From assembly GCA_002505405.1 (NCBI GenBank), contig DAVD01000037.1, positions 82,880 to 146,879 on the forward strand: 64,000 nt of DNA. Direction: 5' to 3'. Below, in pieces: positions 25,181-38,733 of the stretch. Origin of the DNA: Candidatus Poseidonia alphae. Lineage in GTDB: Archaea; Thermoplasmatota; Poseidoniia; Poseidoniales; Poseidoniaceae. The notes under the pieces are model-generated. The model did not search any database. It was not told the DNA's origin and saw only the letters and a list, made by a program, of their open reading frames with translations. Made by a program: the position numbers and the translations under genes. Position 1 is the first letter of the stretch. The number at the start of each line of letters is the position of its first letter.

Positions 25181-25780
25181 ATGGCTCGCTCTGTACCTGG
25201 CATTATCCTTGCAGCAGGGGCAAGTTCCCGACTCGGCGAACCGAAATTATTGGTTAACGTTGGAGGTACTCCATTGGTCCGGTGGGCATATGAGAACCTG
25301 AAGACGGCTGGCTGCGAACCCATCATTGTGGTTACGCGGGCTGAGTTATCTGTTGATGTGCTCTTGGCGGTCCCCGATGCGATTGTGAGCATCAACCCTC
25401 ACCCCGAAGCGGGACGCACCGGTAGCCTACAGAACGGTATTTCTTCGCTTCATTCCGAACTGGGAAGGTTGCCTCGGAAGGTGGTTATGGCGCCCGTTGA
25501 CCGCCCCGGCTGGAATGCAAGTTTAGTGAAGGCCTTGACGGGCCATGACGAGTCGGTGTGCCCAATCCATCAAGGAAGAAAGGGCCACCCAGTGGTTCTT
25601 AATGGCGATGACCTTGAGCGCATATTGTCTGTTTCCAGCGCTACGTCATTGCGAGACATCGTTTCGTTCAAGGAAGTAACGGTCCATGGACCATGGCTCC
25701 ATCTGAACATTGATACGCCAGAATCACTTAGCAACTTGCAAGAAGATGCGGCAGAACTGCACGCCTATTTTTTGCGATGA
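25181..25780 (+). CDS. mocA: MobA-like NTP transferase (molybdenum cofactor cytidylyltransferase-like)
   Basis: ATG at 25181 (the track start at 25133 is TTG). GIILAAGASSRLGEPKLL is the MobA/MocA signature. Confidence 0.75.
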   Translation: MARSVPGIILAAGASSRLGEPKLLVNVGGTPLVRWAYENLKTAGCEPIIVVTRAELSVDVLLAVPDAIVSINPHPEAGRTGSLQNGISSLHSELGRLPRKVVMAPVDRPGWNASLVKALTGHDESVCPIHQGRKGHPVVLNGDDLERILSVSSATSLRDIVSFKEVTVHGPWLHLNIDTPESLSNLQEDAAELHAYFLR

Positions 25781-25814
25781 CAAGGGATATGAGGGCAAGC
25801 CGAGAGGGTTGTGC

Positions 25815-26687
25815 ATGACGGCTCGTGTACTCCAATGGGCCTTGAGCCGATTGAATGCACAACACAAGGTTGTACTTGCAACGGTGTTGAATACTTCAGG
25901 TAGCGTTCCGGGAAAAACGGGTGCTCGTCTAGCGATGACCGCTCCTGATTTGAGTTGGGAAGGAACCGTTGGGGGGGCTGGCTTGGAACTAAAGGTCCTC
26001 AATCGTTGCAAAATCTTGCTCGAGCAGTCGACAATACCCGTCGCAGAAGTGGTGACCTACGGCCTGAATAAAGGGGCGAAGGGCTATGAAGTGCAACCCC
26101 TTGATTCGTTATGCGGTGGGCAAGTCACCCTCTCGCTTGAAGTGATGATTCCTATGCCCCACGTATTCCTCATGGGCGGCGGTCACTGCGGCCAAGCGAT
26201 TGCAACACTGCTTGACCAAGTTGGCTGGTCGTACTCCGTACACGATACACGGCCTGAATTTGCTTCTAGCGAATTGTATCCTTCCGCAGTGGCCCTCTCT
26301 TCCAAGGACATTGAGGCGCTTCTTTCCAATGAATCTCTCAAGTCCATGAACCGATTTTCAGACGTCTTGCTCCTCGGGCACGATTGGAGTGAAGACCAAG
26401 AACGGCTTCTTGGTCTGTTGGGTTTGTTCAATCAAGATGGCGTGGCATTGGATGGTTCCACTGCCCCGCGTGTTGGGGTGATTGGTAGCCGGTCAAAATG
26501 GCAGGCTTTTCGTGCTGAATGTGAAGGTCGTGGTTTGCCCAGTACCCTATTGGACCAGGTGATCTGTCCCATTGGATTGAACATTGGTGCGGAATCACCT
26601 GAAGAGATTGCTGTAGCAGTGGTCGCACAAATCATGTCTGCCTTCAAGAGAAAAGATCCCACTGAGCCAACGTGGCGTCAAGATTGA
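25815..26687 (+). CDS. xdhC: XdhC/CoxI-family Mo-hydroxylase maturation factor
   Basis: ATG at 25815. VLATVLNTSGSVPGKTGARLAM (XdhC_CoxI N-domain) and a C-terminal Rossmann-like LMGGGHCGQAIA. Confidence 0.8.
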   Translation: MTARVLQWALSRLNAQHKVVLATVLNTSGSVPGKTGARLAMTAPDLSWEGTVGGAGLELKVLNRCKILLEQSTIPVAEVVTYGLNKGAKGYEVQPLDSLCGGQVTLSLEVMIPMPHVFLMGGGHCGQAIATLLDQVGWSYSVHDTRPEFASSELYPSAVALSSKDIEALLSNESLKSMNRFSDVLLLGHDWSEDQERLLGLLGLFNQDGVALDGSTAPRVGVIGSRSKWQAFRAECEGRGLPSTLLDQVICPIGLNIGAESPEEIAVAVVAQIMSAFKRKDPTEPTWRQD

Positions 26688-27226
26688 GGGACGAACAAAT
26701 TCGTTCTGAAGTGCTTCAACTCTTCAATGGATTCGAGGATATCATCGAGGGCTAAATGTGCCCCTTTCTTCGCGTAGAAGGGTGTCTTAGGATACCATCT
26801 GCGAGCAAGTTCCTTGATGGTTGATACATCCACCATCCGATAATGAAGCATCTCTAAAATCGCCGGCATTTCTTTGGCAAGGAATTGTCGGTCGTTCCAA
26901 ACACTGTTCCCACAAAGAGGAGCAGTTCCCGGTTCAATCCACTCTTTTAGAAATTCGACCGTTTCCCGTTCCGCATCCCCCAATTCCGTACCTTCTTCAT
27001 GAATACGTTGCACCAATCCACTCCCATGGTGGTGCCTTGTGTTCCATTCATCCATCCCGTCAAGAAGTTCTTGTTGAACGTTAATCGCTAGATTCGGGCC
27101 AGTGGCTAGGATGTTCAGTTCACTGTCAGTAATGACGGTAGCAATCTCAATGATGGACTCACGTTCAAGGTCAAGCCCGGTCATTTCGAGGTCAATCCAA
27201 ACCATCCGTTGAGATGTTTCACTCAT
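26678..27226 (-). CDS. orn: Oligoribonuclease (DEDDh 3'-5' exonuclease)
   Basis: MVWIDLEMTGLDLERESIIEIA...NSVWNDRQFL...HLALDDILESIEELKHF; length 182 aa. Confidence 0.85.
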   Translation of the reverse strand: MSETSQRMVWIDLEMTGLDLERESIIEIATVITDSELNILATGPNLAINVQQELLDGMDEWNTRHHHGSGLVQRIHEEGTELGDAERETVEFLKEWIEPGTAPLCGNSVWNDRQFLAKEMPAILEMLHYRMVDVSTIKELARRWYPKTPFYAKKGAHLALDDILESIEELKHFRTNLFVPQS

Positions 27227-27233
27227 GCTTTGC

Positions 27234-27249
27234 CCTGAGTGGGCTCAGG
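27234..27249 (-). terminator. Short hairpin after the giant membrane-protein gene
   Basis: CCTGAG-tggg-CTCAGG between the stop at 27275 and the orn start at 27226. Confidence 0.25.
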
Positions 27250-27274
27250 TCTTTGTTGTTCGCAGGATTGAAGT

Positions 27275-31369
<4,095 letters not shown>

Positions 31370-31539
31370 GTCAATCTTTATTTTTTTCCTTCAATAGGTC
31401 TTAAAATTTCACCCGTGGATTTGGACAAAGTACGGATTTGACACCTCCAGGATTGCCTTCGGTTGACCTCGTTGAGGTCGTGCCACATGTTCCCAATGGG
31501 TTCAAAAAGACCACCTGCTTGGAATTAAGTGTTGAGCCT

Positions 31540-33543
31540 ATGCTAATCAAAAAACTTCTGAGCGCATTTTGTCTAACGTTGATGCTGCTTCCAACTTTGG
31601 CCTTGGCCACCCCCATTCAAATTGAAACTGAATCTTCCGTTGAAGAAGGATGGTGGATTGAGACCACGGTCGACCAAAACAAGAACTCCATCGGAGACAT
31701 GGTGGAATTTCACAAAGACAATCCTGTTTTCCTTGATGAAGACAACACTCTGCCGTTGATCATTGACTTTGACCACACGCCATCCACTGACGAAATCGCA
31801 TTGTTGGAACGGGAAGTTGGTTATGTGCACCAATGGGAATTGACACACATTGATGCGCTGGCTGGCCGCGTTCACGTTGATTTGATTCGCGAGACCCTCA
31901 ACATTCCAGGAGTCGTCATGATTGAACTTGACAGCATTCTCACCATTCAAAACGGGGATGCAGCTGTTCTGCACGGCGTTGACATGGCTTGGGAAGAAAC
32001 TGGTTACGATGGCTCCGGTGTAACCGTCGCCATCATCGATACCGGAATTGACGGCGCCCACGCAAGTCTGGACGACCTCGACGATGATAACTCAACCAAT
32101 GACCCGAAGGTGATTGGATTTTACGACCCTGTGAATAACCCTACCCTTACCAACGGTACAGAAGTGTTCCCATACGACGACCAAGGACACGGCTCTCATT
32201 GTGCGGGTACAACTGCAGGAACGGGCGCCCCTAACTACGAGCACGTCGGAATGGCTCCACAAGCAAACCTTGTTGGCGTTAAGGTCCTTGATGCAGGCGG
32301 TTCGGGTTCCTTCGCAACCGTAATGGCAGGCATGAAATGGACCGTAGACAACCGTTACCAATTCAACATCCGCGCTGCTTCAATGAGTCTTGGTGGCCCG
32401 GGCCCAATTGAGTGGACCTCCTCAGAAGAAGACAGTGTTAACCGGTACGCCAATGAAATGGTGCGCTCGGGAATTGCGCTTTTCATCGCTGCTGGTAACA
32501 GTTTTTCATCGGCCAGCATCGGGACTCCTGGGTCGGCTGAAGACGTCATCACCGTTGGTGCATTGGACAAAGACTCCTCCATCTCTGTTTATTCAAGCCA
32601 AGGCCCGACTGAAGAAGGTAGGATCAAACCAAACGTCGCTTACGTTGGCTCAAACGTCATGTCAGTGGCTTTCAACACCGGAGACCAATATACGGACATG
32701 TCAGGAACCTCAATGGCAACACCCGGTGCTGCTGGTGTGGCGGCTTTAATGTTGCAGGCCAATCCAGACCTTTCACCGTTTGATGTTCGTAACATCATGC
32801 AAGAGACTGCAACTTATCGTGAATGTTACTACATGGGTGACCCAGATGGAATAAAAGGCTGCCCTCTAGACAGTACTGGCGCTGGTGTCTTGCCGAAGGC
32901 TCGTCAGAATAACGTCTACGGTCACGGAGAAGTTCGTGCGCTTGATGCTGTTATGGAAGCGGCAGAACAGGATTATTCCTTTGATAACAGTGTGACTCTC
33001 GCTATGGAAACTTCTTCTGGACCTGATAATCGCGTACACATGACCAATGGCGATTCACTTGAATTCACCATTACAGAGGGCGTTGAAACCATTCAATGGC
33101 GAAGCAACCATTTGCTTGACGATTGGACGAACATTCATTCATACGAGCATACAGAGGCTTTCGAGTTAGAGGTTATTGATATCGTTCATGAAATTGAGCA
33201 TCTACCTGGTGTAGAACTCCAAGGGAATCATACCATCTCCATTCGTGGTCTCATGGAGACTGGCGAAACAAATTTCTCCTCAACCCCAATCATTACGGCA
33301 GACATTATGCTCATGGATGTTAGCAAAGACGCAGCGATTGAAGAAAGCGATGGAATGTTTTCCGGAAGTATCGTTCTGGTCGGTATTGCTGGAATGATTA
33401 TCGGTGTGATATTGGTCCCTCTGGTCATGCTCGCTCTCAACAAATCAGAAGATTCTATTGAAGTTGAACGGTTCAAGTGGTCCGATGCAGTTCCAGACGA
33501 GGACATTGAAGCGATCTTGGTCGAAGAAGCTAAACTTCAATGA
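31540..33543 (+). CDS. Subtilisin-like serine protease (S8), secreted and C-terminally membrane-anchored
   Basis: Start refined to MLIKKLLSAFCLTLMLLPTLALA (signal peptide). Catalytic triad motifs AIIDTGID, HGSHCAGT and GTSMATPGAAG. C-terminal TM helix IVLVGIAGMIIGVILVPLVMLAL. Confidence 0.9.
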   Translation: MLIKKLLSAFCLTLMLLPTLALATPIQIETESSVEEGWWIETTVDQNKNSIGDMVEFHKDNPVFLDEDNTLPLIIDFDHTPSTDEIALLEREVGYVHQWELTHIDALAGRVHVDLIRETLNIPGVVMIELDSILTIQNGDAAVLHGVDMAWEETGYDGSGVTVAIIDTGIDGAHASLDDLDDDNSTNDPKVIGFYDPVNNPTLTNGTEVFPYDDQGHGSHCAGTTAGTGAPNYEHVGMAPQANLVGVKVLDAGGSGSFATVMAGMKWTVDNRYQFNIRAASMSLGGPGPIEWTSSEEDSVNRYANEMVRSGIALFIAAGNSFSSASIGTPGSAEDVITVGALDKDSSISVYSSQGPTEEGRIKPNVAYVGSNVMSVAFNTGDQYTDMSGTSMATPGAAGVAALMLQANPDLSPFDVRNIMQETATYRECYYMGDPDGIKGCPLDSTGAGVLPKARQNNVYGHGEVRALDAVMEAAEQDYSFDNSVTLAMETSSGPDNRVHMTNGDSLEFTITEGVETIQWRSNHLLDDWTNIHSYEHTEAFELEVIDIVHEIEHLPGVELQGNHTISIRGLMETGETNFSSTPIITADIMLMDVSKDAAIEESDGMFSGSIVLVGIAGMIIGVILVPLVMLALNKSEDSIEVERFKWSDAVPDEDIEAILVEEAKLQ

Positions 33544-33548
33544 TGCCT

Positions 33549-34076
33549 TCAGGCAGAAGCGGCTTCCCATCGTTTCAAGATCTCTGCGGTATCGTCCATT
33601 CTGCCTTCATGAAGGTAGGTGACTTCACCATCGGCGTTGACAAAGACCACAGATCCCGGCTTGTCAATGCCGAGACTGATTCCCGCCTCATGCCCTTTCA
33701 TGAAGGCATATGTTGTCAGGCTGACTCCGGTTGCTTCCCCATCATCATCGTGAGCATCAGCAGATTCATGCCATTCTGAGAGGGTCACGCCAGTTGCATT
33801 TTCGGCAGGGTCGGTGGACATGACCAAGACTGGAAGTTCTGCTTGAGCAGACCATATGGCGTGCATGGTGGTGAAGCATGGGCTGTTGCACCATTCAGCA
33901 GAAAACACGACAATGTAGGCGCTACCTTCCATTCTTGTGTTGTCGTAGATCTCATTGTTATCCGCAACAGAAGAGAATACGGGGAAGGATTGCGATTCCT
34001 CTGTTTCTTCGGAGGTACAACCTGCAAGAGAACTACTGAATAAGAGCATGAGCATCATGAAGGCAAATTGTTTCAT
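33549..34076 (-). CDS. Thioredoxin-fold lipoprotein with CxxxC motif
   Basis: Start refined to MKQFAFMMLMLLFSSSLAGC (lipobox) at 34076. Contains VVFSAEWCNSPC. The upstream part of track ORF 33549-34553 is antisense to the TSP3 gene. Confidence 0.7.
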   Translation of the reverse strand: MKQFAFMMLMLLFSSSLAGCTSEETEESQSFPVFSSVADNNEIYDNTRMEGSAYIVVFSAEWCNSPCFTTMHAIWSAQAELPVLVMSTDPAENATGVTLSEWHESADAHDDDGEATGVSLTTYAFMKGHEAGISLGIDKPGSVVFVNADGEVTYLHEGRMDDTAEILKRWEAASA

Positions 34077-34140
34077 AGATGGCACTGGCCACTGCTCCTT
34101 ATAGAAACCTTTCCGGTGCTGTTGGATGCAATAAAGCCAT

Positions 34141-35250
34141 ATGGGCGGTCGTTTAGCGCTCTTCATGAAACAGTGGGGCACGACGTATGTGTGCATTTTC
34201 TCTTTGTTTTTATTGCTCCTTCCAACAGGCGTTGGAGCACAAGATTCAACTCCTGTTTGCGGAACCGAAGGAGACTCAACCATGGACCGAGTGGGCTGCT
34301 TGGATACAGACGGAGACGGATGGTCTGACCCCGATGCTTCATGGAACGCTTCAATGGGGGCTGATGCTTTTCCCGACAATGAAAGCGAACACCGCGACCT
34401 TGACGGTGACGGCATCGGTGACGAGGCAGACCCTGATATGGACGGAGATGGGGTTGGGGATGAGGTTGATGTTTGGCCTGAGGACCCTGTTATTTGGTCT
34501 GACGGCGACGGCGATGGATATGCAGACCAAAGCATGCACCCGCTGTCCGACAATTGCCCTTACACCTACGGGAAGAGTCGTATTCGCTTGAAGGGATGTT
34601 CAGACCTTGATGGAGATTTCATGCCAGACGTGTACGATGATGATGCCGATGGCGATGGCATACGCAATGAAATGGAACGGTCAGCCTCGTCGGGCACCAT
34701 TCTTTACGACCCGTACAATGCGCAATCTACACCCTTGGACTCCGATCAAGACACCATTCCCGATGTCTTGGACCATGACAACGACAACGATGGTTGGCCT
34801 GACGATGTAGAGCTTGACCGAGGTTCAGATATTTACGATGAGGATGAAACGCCCTTCACACTTTACTTTGGCCTCAATACCGGCATTTTCTATGCGGGAG
34901 GTTTGACTGGTGAATCGTTCAGTCTCGAATATCACGCCGACAGCATGGAGTTCTCTGTTTCCGGCGTCATGGAAATAGTGTTTGAGGAACTGGTCATCCC
35001 GCTGCTGTTGATTCCGGTTTATTTTGGAGTTTACTTTTCTCGTCGAAACGAGTTTATGCGTTGCTTGAATCGTATTGAAGAGGCCATGACCATCGAGGAA
35101 TTGAATGTAATAGAAAAAGTTGTGAATAATTTTGTGAAAGAAAGGAGAATCAAGGTTTACCACGGTTTAGTGCTTCGAAATGCTTTGGAAGAAGCGGAGT
35201 CCGATTGTAGAAACCCTACGGCGAATTCAAAATGGCTTCAAGAAGAGTAA
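34141..35250 (+). CDS. Thrombospondin type-3-repeat (Ca2+-binding) membrane-anchored protein
   Basis: Signal peptide ...FSLFLLLLPTGVGAQD. Repeated DxDxDGxxDxxD units (DTDGDGWSDPD, DLDGDGIGDEADPDMDGDGVGDEVD, DHDNDNDGWPDD). TM helix near residue 290. Confidence 0.8.
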   Translation: MGGRLALFMKQWGTTYVCIFSLFLLLLPTGVGAQDSTPVCGTEGDSTMDRVGCLDTDGDGWSDPDASWNASMGADAFPDNESEHRDLDGDGIGDEADPDMDGDGVGDEVDVWPEDPVIWSDGDGDGYADQSMHPLSDNCPYTYGKSRIRLKGCSDLDGDFMPDVYDDDADGDGIRNEMERSASSGTILYDPYNAQSTPLDSDQDTIPDVLDHDNDNDGWPDDVELDRGSDIYDEDETPFTLYFGLNTGIFYAGGLTGESFSLEYHADSMEFSVSGVMEIVFEELVIPLLLIPVYFGVYFSRRNEFMRCLNRIEEAMTIEELNVIEKVVNNFVKERRIKVYHGLVLRNALEEAESDCRNPTANSKWLQEE

Positions 35251-35323
35251 GCAAAGGGTTTTTTGAAACATACCGCCCCGAATTATCAAAGAGTGGGACG
35301 CCAACGGATGGACAGGGACGAGT

Positions 35324-35926
35324 ATGGTTGGCAAAGAACACATCACAATGACTCCTCCTGCAACCAGCGAACGTTGGTCGGGTGTTGTTAACGGACGGCC
35401 GGTCGAAGTTCTTGCACCCTCGAACGCAGTACTGCTTGATGTTTTGAGAGATAAAGTCGGCACCTTGGGTGTGAAACGTGGATGCGATCTTGGCACCTGT
35501 GGATGCTGTACTGTCATGATTGACGGCGTTCCAAAATTGTCTTGTTTAACACTTGCTGGCCAAGTAAAAAACAGTGAAATTCTGACCGTCGAAGGCCTAT
35601 CAGAAGGCGCACACCTCACTCCAATTCAGACCTGCTTTGCAACACATGGAGGCTCTCAGTGTGGATTTTGCACGCCAGGTTTCATGATTGCTTCTCAAGC
35701 ATTGCTGAATGTTAATGACAACCCGTCTCGGGATGAAATCGCCGAAGCGATTGAAGGAAACCTATGCCGATGTACCGGATACCAACAAATTATTGATTCC
35801 ATCGAGGCGGCAGCGGTTCTCCATCGTGGCGAAGGAGAAGCGCCCTCTCCAGCCAGTGACCCTCACCCGGACCCACATCCATCAGGGCCCGAAGACCCAA
35901 CGATGCCTCCAGGGCACGCGAAGTGA
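35324..35926 (+). CDS. Mo-hydroxylase small subunit, [2Fe-2S]-binding
   Basis: CDLGTCGCCTV, GGSQCGFCTPGFM, NLCRCTGYQQI. The C-terminal Pro/His/Asp-rich tail (DPHPDPHPSGPEDP) is additional. Confidence 0.9.
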   Translation: MVGKEHITMTPPATSERWSGVVNGRPVEVLAPSNAVLLDVLRDKVGTLGVKRGCDLGTCGCCTVMIDGVPKLSCLTLAGQVKNSEILTVEGLSEGAHLTPIQTCFATHGGSQCGFCTPGFMIASQALLNVNDNPSRDEIAEAIEGNLCRCTGYQQIIDSIEAAAVLHRGEGEAPSPASDPHPDPHPSGPEDPTMPPGHAK

Positions 35927-38733
35927 TTGTTATGGGAAGCTATCGTCAACAACCTGGCTCTGGCAAAGGTAGCCAGCGAAAAGATGGCAAGCGCGTCGCA
36001 GGAAAGCAGGTTTTCCCACCTCCCGGCTCCGGTGGCTCCGACCCCGAGATGCGTCCACGCGACTTGGACTTCATTCCCGAGACTGTTGGCGGACGCGAGC
36101 CAAAACCAGCAGGCGATCACATACACGACCGGGACCGGACCGGTACTGCCGTTGGAAAGCCCATGGCGCTGGTTGACTCGAATGCAAAGGTCACCGGTCA
36201 GGCATGGTACGGTGACGATGTTCGCCTTCAAGGTGAGGCCATTGGAAAAATTCTACGTTCGCCTCACCACTATGCGAGAATCAAGTCCATTGACACCACT
36301 CGAGTTGAAGCCCTCCCCGGCGTTCTTGCTGTTGCTACCGGAGAAGATGCTCCAAACCGATTTGGCGTCCTCCCCGTCACAAAAGACGAGCATGCTATGG
36401 CGGTTGACAAGGTTCGCCACGTCGGTGATTTGGTGGCCTGTGTGGCTGCTGTTGACGAAGCTACCGCCATTGAGGCCCTTTCTTTATTTGACATTGAATG
36501 GGAACTTCTCGAACCGGTGTTTGACCCAAAGAAAGGTCTAGAGGACCACGATGAACCGATTCACTGGCGGGGCAAGTATCACCTCGCACGAACCAACGTT
36601 CAGAAAAGAGTGTTCCAAGAATTCGGTGACCGTTCCTTGGTCAAATCCCCTCATGCTGCCTCGCACGGCTCATGGACCATGGCAGGTGTCCATCATGGAT
36701 TTACTGAACCTCACGCTGTTGTGGCTCATTGGGACCCAAACGGTCGTTTGCAACTGTACACTCCCCAGCAAGTCCCCCACTACACTCATCGAGCCCTTTC
36801 AACGGTTCTCGATGTCCCCATGCATCAAATCAACGTCGTGAGAACCTTTGTCGGCGGCGGTTTTGGAGGGAAGTCCGATCCCTTCCCTCACGAAATGTGC
36901 GCTGCGATCCTGGCTCGTAAGGCGGGCGTTCCAATTCGAATTACCTTTGACCGTGAAGAGGTTTATTGGATTAACAGAGGCCGCCATCCGTCTCATATCG
37001 ATGTGAAAATGACGGCTGACACGGAAGGACGAATTTCCGGCTTTGACATTGACGCTCTTATTGACGGCGGTGGCTTTGCTTCCTTCGGCCACGTCACCTC
37101 TTACTACAACGGCGTGCTTGCGACTGCTCCGTACGAATTGGGCTCCTTCCATTACACAGGTGCTCGCGTTTGGACCAACAAACCAGCATCTGGAGCAATG
37201 CGGGGCCACGGAGCCGTGAACACCCGCTGCGCTGTAGAAGTTGGACTGGATGAAATGGCTGAGCAAATGGCTGTTGACCCCATCGACCTCAGGTTAGCCA
37301 ACCTGCTTCCTCCGCACAGTCGGACCATCAGTGGATTCCGCATCACCTCAAACGGTATGCGAGAAGCACTAACACGCGTCAGAGAAGGTTCGGATTGGGA
37401 CAATAAATTCCGACAGCTTCCGCTCGGTAAGGGAATCGGAATTGGTTGCGGTTTCTTCATCTCTGGTTCGGGACTCCCCATCCATTGGGACCCAAAGAAT
37501 TTCCCTCATGCTACCGTCCACATTCAAGTCGATATGGATGGAGGCGTTACCGTTCACACCGGTGCAGCCGATATCGGTCAGGGATCAACAACAGCAATCG
37601 CCCAAGTTGTGGCCGAAGTTCTCGCACTTCCTGTGGAAATGATCCACGTGCGAAGCCACGAAAGCGATACGAGTCCGGTTGATTTGGGTTCATACTCCAG
37701 TCGCGTCACCTTCATGAATGCGAACGCAGCCATTCGTGCTGCTATCGGCATTCGTGACCAATTGCTCAAGGCAGCATGGGAAATGCTCGGATACCACCCC
37801 AATGTATTGGTTCTCAATGACCGAAGAATCTACTACAAACACGACCCTGCAGTCGGCGTGTCGTATTTGCAAGCCTTGCACAAGGCACAGGAGGATACAG
37901 GCGCACTCATCGCTCGAGGGGCGTACCGTTCACCGCCAATGGGTGGCGTTCACAAAGGAGCAGCAGCGGGGCTGGCTCCAGCCTATTCGTTTTCAGCCTA
38001 CGTTGCAGAAGTTGACGTTGACGTTGAAACCGGTAAGGTTTCTTGCACCAATGTTTGGGCCGCTCATGATTGTGGAAAAGCATTGAATCCGCTTGCCGTA
38101 CGAGGACAAATTATTGGTTCCTGCCATATGGGATTGGGCCAAGTTCTCTCTGAGAAGATGGTTTACGGACGAACTGGACACCTTCAAAATGCAAATTTGT
38201 TGGATTACAAGATTCCTTCGGTCCATGAAATGCCTCATGTAGAACCCATTATCGTTGAATCCAGCGACCCCGAGGGGCCGTTTGGTGCAAAGGAAGCCGG
38301 CGAAGGACCTCTTCTACCGATTCTGCCAGCGGTTGTTAATGCAGTATACGATGCAACAGGTATCCGGATGCGAGACCTTCCACTCACTCCCGATGTTGTC
38401 TACAAAGGGATTGAGAAGCATCTGAAAAAGCACGACATCGATGACCCGTTGGACCTCATACCCCCCACGCTCACCCACGGCCCCTTGCAGGAGCAACTCA
38501 TAGAACGTGCAAAAGAACACGAAGTCCGTGACCGTCTGCGTCAACGCAGTGAGGACACTTCTGCCTACGTGAACGGAGTTTTGTTTGGTTTTGACCCAAA
38601 CCGCCCTCTCAGTGAACAAGTTGAAGGATGGAGGGAGGCAGATGAACCGCTTCCTGAACAACTTGCTGAACTCGGATTTGCCGGTCGTGCTTGGCTCAAA
38701 AAAGAGCAACGACACATGGAGGATGATGCTTGA
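35923..38733 (+). CDS. Xanthine dehydrogenase/aldehyde oxidase-family molybdopterin-binding large subunit
   Basis: a/b-hammerhead region (GQAWYGDDV...), VGGGFGGKSD, GAMRGHGAVN, GADIGQGSTT, FGAKEAGEG. Alternative ATG at 35932. Gly/Pro-rich N-terminal ~85 aa and a ~100-aa C-terminal extension. Confidence 0.9.
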   Translation: MIVMGSYRQQPGSGKGSQRKDGKRVAGKQVFPPPGSGGSDPEMRPRDLDFIPETVGGREPKPAGDHIHDRDRTGTAVGKPMALVDSNAKVTGQAWYGDDVRLQGEAIGKILRSPHHYARIKSIDTTRVEALPGVLAVATGEDAPNRFGVLPVTKDEHAMAVDKVRHVGDLVACVAAVDEATAIEALSLFDIEWELLEPVFDPKKGLEDHDEPIHWRGKYHLARTNVQKRVFQEFGDRSLVKSPHAASHGSWTMAGVHHGFTEPHAVVAHWDPNGRLQLYTPQQVPHYTHRALSTVLDVPMHQINVVRTFVGGGFGGKSDPFPHEMCAAILARKAGVPIRITFDREEVYWINRGRHPSHIDVKMTADTEGRISGFDIDALIDGGGFASFGHVTSYYNGVLATAPYELGSFHYTGARVWTNKPASGAMRGHGAVNTRCAVEVGLDEMAEQMAVDPIDLRLANLLPPHSRTISGFRITSNGMREALTRVREGSDWDNKFRQLPLGKGIGIGCGFFISGSGLPIHWDPKNFPHATVHIQVDMDGGVTVHTGAADIGQGSTTAIAQVVAEVLALPVEMIHVRSHESDTSPVDLGSYSSRVTFMNANAAIRAAIGIRDQLLKAAWEMLGYHPNVLVLNDRRIYYKHDPAVGVSYLQALHKAQEDTGALIARGAYRSPPMGGVHKGAAAGLAPAYSFSAYVAEVDVDVETGKVSCTNVWAAHDCGKALNPLAVRGQIIGSCHMGLGQVLSEKMVYGRTGHLQNANLLDYKIPSVHEMPHVEPIIVESSDPEGPFGAKEAGEGPLLPILPAVVNAVYDATGIRMRDLPLTPDVVYKGIEKHLKKHDIDDPLDLIPPTLTHGPLQEQLIERAKEHEVRDRLRQRSEDTSAYVNGVLFGFDPNRPLSEQVEGWREADEPLPEQLAELGFAGRAWLKKEQRHMEDDA

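Noticed and set aside
33549-34553. Long minus-strand ORF (334 aa) whose N-terminal half is Ser/Pro-rich (SPSPSDQITGSSGQTSTSSPTPSPSISGSASSPMPSPS).
   Set aside because: The upstream ~160 codons are antisense to the Asp/Gly-rich TSP3-repeat gene (34141-35250), so this is a typical shadow frame. A proper lipoprotein start (MKQFAF...LAGC) exists at 34076, and only 33549-34076 is called.
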